Source: Minisyncoccia bacterium (lineage in GTDB: Bacteria; Patescibacteriota; Minisyncoccia; UBA6257; 2-01-FULL-56-20). From it: DNA of 64,000 nt. Every line of letters begins with the position of its first letter. Position 1 is the stretch's first letter. Below, in pieces: positions 8,932 through 15,320 of the stretch. The stretch is taken from NCBI GenBank assembly GCA_050008535.1, contig JBEKML010000001.1, positions 194,246-258,245 on the forward strand, given 5' to 3'. Made by a program: the position numbers and the translations under genes. The notes below the pieces were generated by a model. The model searched no databases, was not told the DNA's origin, and saw only the letters and a program-made list of their open reading frames with translations.

Positions 8932-9240
8932 CGCCGAGTCAGGTCAGGATATAGAATAACCTTGGAACCTTGAGGTGTTCCGCGTTATGCATATTCTGCG
9001 TGACGGTGTCCGTGTCCGTCTGTCCCTGAAGTGGGGTAGGGCGTACCTCGCGCAAGGTCCCTAGCGTTGCCTGATGGAAGGTAACGCGGCCCGAATCGGG
9101 CCCGCTATGCGAAGCGCGGCAACGCTAACCAGCTGATGGCCGCCTAGCAAAGAACGGCAATAGTACGGCGAGCAGTACAATCACAATTGCGCATCGCGGC
9201 GACAGAGGGGGTGGGACCTGTACCACCCCCTTTAAATTTC
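8932..9240 (+). ncRNA. unclassified structured noncoding region (candidate ncRNA) ending in a rho-independent terminator
   Basis: No ORF of 60 aa or more falls in this ~310-nt region. It contains nested perfect stems, e.g. CTAGCGTTGCC (~9061-9071) pairing with GGCAACGCTAG (~9118-9128) and enclosing GCGGCCCG-aat-CGGGCCCGC and GCG-aag-CGC hairpins. The terminal hairpin is GGGGGTGG…CCACCCCC followed by TTTAAATTT. Confidence 0.3.
9205..9240 (+). terminator. GC-rich hairpin plus U-tract (probably intrinsic, closing the upstream transcript or ncRNA)
   Basis: GGGGGTGGGACCTGTACCACCCCC followed by TTTAAATTT. Confidence 0.5.
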
Positions 9241-9584
9241 TACTTTACGAACGCTACTACTTTTTTAAATACTTCGGGTTCGTGTTCGGCGAGGTCGGCG
9301 AGTATCTTCCGGTCAAGCACCACCTTTTTCTTTTTGAGCGCGGCGATGAACTGGCTGTAGTTCATGCCTTCCGCGCGGACGGCGGCATTGATCTTCACGT
9401 TCCAGAGCTGGCGGAAGACCCGCTTTTTTTCCTTGCGTCCGCGGAATGCGTGCGTCCAGGCATGGAGGAGCGCTTCCTTTGCTGCGCGTTCTTTGGATTT
9501 GCGGCCCCAGCGGAAGCCCTTGGTGTACCGAAGGACTTTTGTGCGCCGCTTGTTGGCCATGGTTCCGCGTTTGACTCTTGGCAT
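9240..9584 (-). CDS. rplT: 50S ribosomal protein L20
   Basis: Begins 'MPRVKRGTMANKRRTKVL…'. Confidence 0.9.
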   Translation of the reverse strand: MPRVKRGTMANKRRTKVLRYTKGFRWGRKSKERAAKEALLHAWTHAFRGRKEKKRVFRQLWNVKINAAVRAEGMNYSQFIAALKKKKVVLDRKILADLAEHEPEVFKKVVAFVK

Positions 9585-9596
9585 ATCAAGTAGTGT

Positions 9597-9809
9597 TTAA
9601 TAATTTTTTAACGTTTTCATCGGGAAATTGAGCGAGCGGGTTTTCCGCTTGTTTCGGATCCCCTTCGCATTCGTCCGCGTACGAAAATGGCTCACCCCCA
9701 TCAGCCGGCGCACGATCTTCCCGTTTCGCGTAATCTTCACGCGTTTCGTAAGCGATTTATTCATCGGTTCAATAGAGGAAAGTGTACTACAATCCTTATT
9801 TTTTCGCAA
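9597..9809 (-). CDS. rpmI: 50S ribosomal protein L35 (the true start may be the internal Met at 9764)
   Basis: Contains 'KRVKITRNGKIVRRLMGVSHFRTRTNAKG'; the long form overlaps the infC 3' end. Confidence 0.75.
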   Translation of the reverse strand: MRKNKDCSTLSSIEPMNKSLTKRVKITRNGKIVRRLMGVSHFRTRTNAKGIRNKRKTRSLNFPMKTLKNY

Positions 9810-10302
9810 TCTGCACGCTCATGCCGTAGCCGCCGAAGCGGGGCTCGGAAAGCCGCTTATATTCTACGGGAATCATTTTCATGAAGTCCGCGAGTTTCTG
9901 CCGCGCCCAGTCCTTCATGCCTTTTTCGCGCCCGCGGAGGCGCATGTTGATCTCTACTTGGTACCCTTCGCCCAAGAACTCTTCAAGCTGCTTCAGTTTT
10001 ATCAAAAGGTCGTTCTGTGCGGCGCGCGCGCTGATCTGAACATGCTTCAGGCCGCCGCTCTTTTGTGCCAGCCGCTCCTTTTTTTTGCGTTTCGCCTCTT
10101 CGTAGCGGAACTTGTCGTAGCTCATAAGACGGGCGACGGGCGGCTTCGCATTCGGCGAAATTTCAATGAGATCAAGGCCTTCCTCCGGCCGTACCAAAGC
10201 GAGCGCCTTTTCGCGCGTGAGGACGCCGAGATTTTCTCCCTTGTCGTTTATGACGCGGAGTTCTTGCGCGACTATTTGGCTGTTGATTTTGGGGATGTGT
10301 AT
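9796..10302 (-). CDS. infC: translation initiation factor IF-3, probably using a non-AUG (AUA/AUC/UUG) start
   Basis: The frame is open upstream of the ORF-track start and encodes 'IPKINSQIVAQELRVINDKGENLGVLTREKALALL', which matches the IF-3 N-terminus; there is no in-frame ATG. Confidence 0.8.
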   Translation of the reverse strand: MHIPKINSQIVAQELRVINDKGENLGVLTREKALALVRPEEGLDLIEISPNAKPPVARLMSYDKFRYEEAKRKKKERLAQKSGGLKHVQISARAAQNDLLIKLKQLEEFLGEGYQVEINMRLRGREKGMKDWARQKLADFMKMIPVEYKRLSEPRFGGYGMSVQIAKK

Positions 10303-10392
10303 GGGAGTGGGTAAGCGAAAAGCCGATTCGAGAGCTTGCCTTTATTGTAGCCGGAAATCGCCATCCGTCAAAGTTCATTCATTTTCACCTCG

Positions 10393-10995
10393 TTGCCTGC
10401 TATAATGATTAAAACCATGGAAGAGGCTCCCATAACCCATCCCGGTGTTCCCACGGAAACCTATCATACCCTCGGAAAAAAAACCTTTTGGGTCTTTGTT
10501 TTGGAGCGGATACATACTTCGGCCGTGATTCTTCTTGTTGCCATATGCCTTTTTGCGGTGAAGGATCAGGCGTTCCTCAAGAATATCCCCCTGCTCGGCG
10601 ATCTGACCGGCTATATGAACGTGATCACATGGACCGTGTTCGGTATCTTTGCCGTCGCATTTCTTATCGTGCTCCTTATCGCATGGCTTATCTATGCGAA
10701 CTACAAATTTTCCTTGGGTGACGACGCGTTGAAGATTAAGCGGGGGGTTTTGAACAAAGAGGAGGTCGCCATGCCATACCGGCAGATCCAGGACGTTGAT
10801 ATCCAGCGTGACCTTGGGTTTCAGATGATGGGGTTGAGCAAGCTCGTGATTCTTACCGCCGGCGCGCCTGAGGAAAAATCAGGGGACGACCAGTCGGAGG
10901 GGATACTTCCTGCGCTCGATAAGGATCTCGCCGAGTGGCTCCAGGCAGAGCTCCTCAAGCGGGCAAATATTCAAAAAGTAACGGAGACTCGCTAG
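10393..10995 (+). CDS. membrane protein with a bacterial PH (bPH_2/YdbT-like) domain
   Basis: 2 TM helices followed by 'LKIKRGVLNKEEVAMPYRQIQDVDIQRDLGFQMMGLSKLVILTAG'. Confidence 0.55.
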   Translation: MPAIMIKTMEEAPITHPGVPTETYHTLGKKTFWVFVLERIHTSAVILLVAICLFAVKDQAFLKNIPLLGDLTGYMNVITWTVFGIFAVAFLIVLLIAWLIYANYKFSLGDDALKIKRGVLNKEEVAMPYRQIQDVDIQRDLGFQMMGLSKLVILTAGAPEEKSGDDQSEGILPALDKDLAEWLQAELLKRANIQKVTETR

Positions 10996-11062
10996 AACCA
11001 GGATAATATGTTTTGAAACGAGTACTCAGAAGGGCTCTTTTCAAAACACATTATCCTGGTTC
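10996..11062 (+). terminator. 24-bp perfect inverted repeat with a 20-nt loop; probably a terminator/insulator between the bPH gene and ssrA
   Basis: GAACCAGGATAATATGTTTTGAAA…TTTCAAAACACATTATCCTGGTTC, followed by a T-rich tract. Confidence 0.5.
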
Positions 11063-11103
11063 TAGCTTTCTTTCTCTCCTTTGATTATACTTGCCCTTAG
11101 ATT

Positions 11104-11415
11104 GGGGACGCACTGGCTTTGATAAAGGTAAGCCGTGGGTTTGCGGGCCGAGGGCAACGACGTAACCGTTGCACAAATACAACTGACAACTCCAAAGTTG
11201 CAGCTCCGGCGTTCGCTTACGCGTAATGCCGGGATCGGCGAGTCCGGGTTCCTTGGGCTCATCACCGGTCTTATATAAGGGGACTAGCCGTAGCGGACGA
11301 TCCTATGCTGCGCGCGAAAATCAGGATCGCTTTGCTAGTTCCTAACTAGACACGCCCGTCGACGGCCCATGCGTACTACCTTTAGACGAGGGTTCGATTC
11401 CCTCCGTCTCCACAC
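11104..11415 (+). ncRNA. ssrA: tmRNA (transfer-messenger RNA)
   Basis: 5' GGGGACG pairs with 3' CGUCUCC to form the acceptor stem; the T-arm is GAGGG-UUCGAUU-CCCUC; an internal frame ends …AAPAFAYA-UAA; CCA is not encoded. Confidence 0.75.
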
Positions 11416-11439
11416 CCCTTCTACTAATAAGAGAGTGCT

Positions 11440-12435
11440 TTACTGGCGATTTAATAGTTTTACTATCTTTATTATCACTGATGCGAAGAAGCAGGCGTAG
11501 AGGATCAAAAAACCGGACAGTATCAGTGCGCCAGCCAGATTTTTCACCACCCCACTTTTTTGAGATAGCGGTTTTTCTAACATAATTCCCCATCCGTATC
11601 GGCTGGTCGGAGCGTAGGCCGCATCTTTGGTGCCGTTCCCCAATGGATCGGCGGCGATCTCTTCGCCGGATTCCCCGTTCAATATTTTTTGCACAATCGG
11701 CGAACCCGCAATGTTGACGACATTTCCCGAAGAATCAGGATTTGTATGCGTAACGACCTGTCCTTTCCGGTCAACGACGTACAATGTCTCGTCCGGATCG
11801 ACATTGAGCCCTTGTAGCCAGTCGGAAAAATAAATATTTTTAACTTGTAGTATCAAGATCCCGGCAACTCTGTCTTTGTAGAGCGGATCGAGTATTGGGA
11901 AAGATATTCCGATCACGCTATAGGGGGAGGATTGGATCTTTTGATACGCGCTCGAAATATATGGTTCCGACGTGGCACCCCTCCCGCTTATAAACCAATC
12001 TTGGTAAGAAAAATCTCTTCCTACGGTTCCTGCAAGCAAGGGAGAGGCGGCCATCAAGGTGCCGCTCGTGTTTGTAATTATGACACGGTCAATGTACGGT
12101 TCGATGGAGGTGTCGAACATGGGATTGCTGGTATACGTCAGCGCGTCCGTCCAGTTTCCCGCCGTGATCCTTTGACGGAACAGGATTCGCTCGGAAAAAA
12201 TAGTGCCTACATCCACAAGGTGGGTAAGCCGCCCTTCCAGTTCAAGCGAAAGAAGGGAAACATCCGATTTGATGGATGGTTGATCTTCGCCGGCGTTATT
12301 GCCGGCGACAAAAACGAATGATTCAAGGATGAGGAGGGGAAGAATGAGAAATATCGCGATTATAGCGATGCTAACCCAGGGCTTGCGACTTGGCTTTGTG
12401 GCAATAGTAACGATGAGCTGCACTAATCTTTGCAT
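11440..12435 (-). CDS. membrane-anchored extracytoplasmic sensor-like protein (Cache/dCache-like fold, TM helix at each end, no output domain)
   Basis: N- and C-terminal TM helices flank a ~270-aa extracellular domain; the domain assignment is by resemblance only. Confidence 0.4.
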   Translation of the reverse strand: MQRLVQLIVTIATKPSRKPWVSIAIIAIFLILPLLILESFVFVAGNNAGEDQPSIKSDVSLLSLELEGRLTHLVDVGTIFSERILFRQRITAGNWTDALTYTSNPMFDTSIEPYIDRVIITNTSGTLMAASPLLAGTVGRDFSYQDWFISGRGATSEPYISSAYQKIQSSPYSVIGISFPILDPLYKDRVAGILILQVKNIYFSDWLQGLNVDPDETLYVVDRKGQVVTHTNPDSSGNVVNIAGSPIVQKILNGESGEEIAADPLGNGTKDAAYAPTSRYGWGIMLEKPLSQKSGVVKNLAGALILSGFLILYACFFASVIIKIVKLLNRQ

Positions 12436-12488
12436 CGCGATATCCCCGACGCCCCTTCATTCTAGCAAAACACGACGGCCTTATCTAT

Positions 12489-12920
12489 TTATTGTCCGGC
12501 GGCGAAGTTCGGAAGATCGGCGAAGAACTCATCCATGGTGGGATATATCTTTTCGCAGATGAGATAGAACACCTCCGGCTTTTCAATGGGACCGATGCTC
12601 ACCACCCTTTTCCCCATGCCGTAGCCCATGCCGGCTTCAAGGAGCGAAGAATGCCCTGTAGGCTGCAGGAGGATCACCACGTCGCTTCCTTTGAGTCCGG
12701 CGAGCTCGGCGTTAAAGACCCGCCTTATGTCCGGATCATTTTCCCAGTTCGCGAGCGCCTCGCCAAAGGTCTTTATTTCTTCAGCGACGGAGCGGCCCGT
12801 TGAAAGATTCGCTCCGCTTTCGAGGAAGGAATATACATCAAAGCCGCCCTTTGTAAGTTTCCCGGTCAGTTCTTCGACCACATCTCTGTTTCGCCAAGGA
12901 GAAGCAATAAAAAGTCTCAT
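12489..12920 (-). CDS. nucleoside 2-deoxyribosyltransferase-like (NDT/PF05014-like) protein
   Basis: N-terminal 'LFIASPW' and C-terminal 'VVILLQPTGHSSLLEAGMGYGMGKRVV' with the conserved Glu. Confidence 0.45.
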   Translation of the reverse strand: MRLFIASPWRNRDVVEELTGKLTKGGFDVYSFLESGANLSTGRSVAEEIKTFGEALANWENDPDIRRVFNAELAGLKGSDVVILLQPTGHSSLLEAGMGYGMGKRVVSIGPIEKPEVFYLICEKIYPTMDEFFADLPNFAAGQ

Positions 12921-12948
12921 GCATTAATTATAACAAACCGGCCATTTG

Positions 12949-13386
12949 CTAATCAACGGCACGCATCTCGCGCTCATGGGAGCGTTTTTTGATCGCTGCG
13001 CGCTTGTCGGATTTTTTCTTTGATTTGCCAAGGCCGAGTTCCAATTTTATGAAACCGTGCTTGAGGTAGGCGCGGAGGGGGATGAGCGTCTTGCCCCTTT
13101 CCTGAAGCGCGCCAGTCAAGCTTTTTACTTCCTCTTTGGTAAGCAAAAGCCGCCGCGAACGGTCCTCCTCGTAGTTTGCCGGGGCATTTTTGGGCTGGTA
13201 CGGGGGGATGTGGGCGTTCACAAGCCACGCCTCGCCGTTGCGGATCAAAACGCGCGCCCCCGCGATCTGAAAGTGGCCGCCTTTCGCGCTTTTCACTTCG
13301 TGCCCCAAAAGCGCTATGCCGGCCTCGTAGGTTTCCGCGATCTCGTAATCAAACCGCGCCCGGCGGTTCTCCGCGATGGTTTCCAT
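12949..13386 (-). CDS. smpB: SsrA-binding protein SmpB
   Basis: Contains 'IAENRRARFDYEIAETYEAGIALLGHEVKS…'; the start is assigned to the internal Met at 13386. Confidence 0.85.
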   Translation of the reverse strand: METIAENRRARFDYEIAETYEAGIALLGHEVKSAKGGHFQIAGARVLIRNGEAWLVNAHIPPYQPKNAPANYEEDRSRRLLLTKEEVKSLTGALQERGKTLIPLRAYLKHGFIKLELGLGKSKKKSDKRAAIKKRSHEREMRAVD

Positions 13387-13567
13387 ATCTTTATTATAGA
13401 ACGAACGTTGTATTTCACGCTTTTTTGGCTCACAATGAAAGAAATACGGACGGAGGAGCCAGGGCCGAGAGGATTGGTCCTTCGCTGTCTCCAAGGCGGG
13501 GGCAGCAGGTAGCTCTTCCGTCCACCCTCATTATGGAGGGTCTTCCTCCCAAGTCAAACTAAACGAA

Positions 13568-15295
13568 ATGAAGGAAAAAATCGTCAAAATTCTGCAGGGC
13601 ATTATTGGTCAGGATGCGTTTCCTCCGGACGTTTCCGTTCCTGAAAAAGAGAATTTTGGCCATTATTCCACGAACATAGCTTTGCGGCTTTCAGGCGGTG
13701 CCGGGGGTGCCGAAAAACCGCTTGCGTGGGCGGAGCGGCTCGCGGCGGAGATCAGAAAAGCCGCACCCGCCGGATTTTTTGAAAAAGTGGAGGCCGCGCC
13801 GCCCGGCTTCATCAATTTTTGGCTGAGTCCGGAAACAATACAGAAGAAATTCGGCGAGATCTCCCGCGAGGAATCATTTGGAACGAACGGGAGCATGAAA
13901 GGAAAGACCGTTATGGTGGAGTTTACCGATCCGAATCCTTTCAAGCTGTTTCATATTGGGCATCTGATGAGTAATACGATCGGTGAATCGCTCGCGCGAC
14001 TCTATGAGGCAGCCGGTGCCACGGTGAGGCGGGCGGATTATTACGGCGACGTGGGCCTCCACATCGCGAAGGCAATATGGGGAATGGAACAATTGGCCGC
14101 CGAACGGCCGGATGAAAAAGATGACGCTGCTAAAAAAATGGATTTCCTCGGTAGGGCATATGCGCTTGGCTCGCGCGCCTACGAGGAGAAGCCGGAAAGC
14201 AAGGAAGCCATTATTGAACTGAATAAAAAAATATACGAACGGAGCGATGCGAAGGTGAACCAGTGGTACGATGCCGGACTCGCATGGAGCTTGGCATATT
14301 TTGAGACCGTCTTTAAGCGGCTTGGAACGAAATTTGATGATTATTTTCCCGAGAGCGATGTTGGTAAGGAGGGGCTCGATTTGGTTCTCGCGCACAAGGA
14401 CATTTTTATGGAAAGCGATGGCGCCATTGTGTTTCCCGGCGAACAATACGGTTTGCACACGCGCGTCTTCGTGAATGCGCAGGGATTGCCGACATATGAA
14501 GCGAAGGAGCTTGGTTTGAACAGGAAAAAATTCAAGCTGTATCCTCTCGATCTTTCCATTGTCGTCACCGGCAACGAGATTGTGGATTATTTCAAGGTGC
14601 TTTTGAAAGCGATGGAGCTTATCATGCCGGAGGTCGCGGCGAAAACAAAACACGTAGCGCACGGGATGTTGCGGCTTCCGACGGGTAAAATGTCCTCGCG
14701 CACGGGCGAGGTTGTCACGGCCGCATCGCTCATTGATGATGTGAAAGCAAAGCTTGCGGAGTATGCGAGCGGGAAAATGGACCTCACGGCCGATGAGCGC
14801 GCCGCCGCCGCCGAGGTCATCGCGATCGGCGCCGTCAAATATTCCATTTTGAAGCAGCATCCGGGCCAGGATATCGTTTTTGATTTCGGGAAATCGCTTT
14901 CATTCGAGGGCGATTCCGGACCATATCTGCAATATGCGTACGCGCGCCTGAGAAGCATTCTGCGCAAAGCGGGAGGGGTCGGCGATACGACCGGAACCGC
15001 CGAGGCCGCCGACTTCGGAACGCTCACTACCGAGAACGAACTTATGCTTATGCGGAAAATATTTGCGTTTCCCGATGCGGTGCGGCGGGCGCAAGAGATG
15101 CTTGCGCCGAGCGGGTTTGTGGCATATCTCTACCAACTCGCGGCGGTTGCGAACAAATTCTATGAAACAACACCGATCTTGAAAGATGAAAACGTCGCGC
15201 GCCGCAATGCGCGCCTCGCGCTCGCCGCAACCGCCGCGCGCGTCCTCAAAAAAGGACTTGCACTCCTTGGAATCGGAGCGCTTGAGAAAATATAG
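13568..15295 (+). CDS. argS: arginyl-tRNA synthetase
   Basis: Class I HIGH-type 'FHIGHLMSNTIG'; length and overall architecture fit. Confidence 0.9.
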   Translation: MKEKIVKILQGIIGQDAFPPDVSVPEKENFGHYSTNIALRLSGGAGGAEKPLAWAERLAAEIRKAAPAGFFEKVEAAPPGFINFWLSPETIQKKFGEISREESFGTNGSMKGKTVMVEFTDPNPFKLFHIGHLMSNTIGESLARLYEAAGATVRRADYYGDVGLHIAKAIWGMEQLAAERPDEKDDAAKKMDFLGRAYALGSRAYEEKPESKEAIIELNKKIYERSDAKVNQWYDAGLAWSLAYFETVFKRLGTKFDDYFPESDVGKEGLDLVLAHKDIFMESDGAIVFPGEQYGLHTRVFVNAQGLPTYEAKELGLNRKKFKLYPLDLSIVVTGNEIVDYFKVLLKAMELIMPEVAAKTKHVAHGMLRLPTGKMSSRTGEVVTAASLIDDVKAKLAEYASGKMDLTADERAAAAEVIAIGAVKYSILKQHPGQDIVFDFGKSLSFEGDSGPYLQYAYARLRSILRKAGGVGDTTGTAEAADFGTLTTENELMLMRKIFAFPDAVRRAQEMLAPSGFVAYLYQLAAVANKFYETTPILKDENVARRNARLALAATAARVLKKGLALLGIGALEKI

Positions 15296-15320
15296 GAAAA
15301 TCTGGTATTTTGAGAGAATA

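Noticed and set aside
8932-9240. Assigning the structured region to RNase P RNA, SRP RNA, 6S RNA, 5S rRNA or a T-box
   Set aside because: I could not find the conserved cores. There is no GGAAAGUCCGGGC or ACAGAANCCGGCUUA for RNase P, no GGAAGGAAGCAGC for SRP, no CCGAAC or GUGAAAC for 5S, and no AGGGUGGNACCGCG for a T-box. Only a 10-mer GUCAGGUC resemblance to SRP was seen, which is consistent with chance.
9628-10314. 228-aa plus-strand ORF
   Set aside because: Antisense to rpmI and infC, whose products are clearly recognisable.
13387-13567. A T-box riboswitch in front of argS
   Set aside because: The GGGTGG-like element lies on the opposite strand (facing smpB) and lacks the ACCGCG continuation.
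13874-14860. 328-aa minus-strand ORF
   Set aside because: Antisense to argS.
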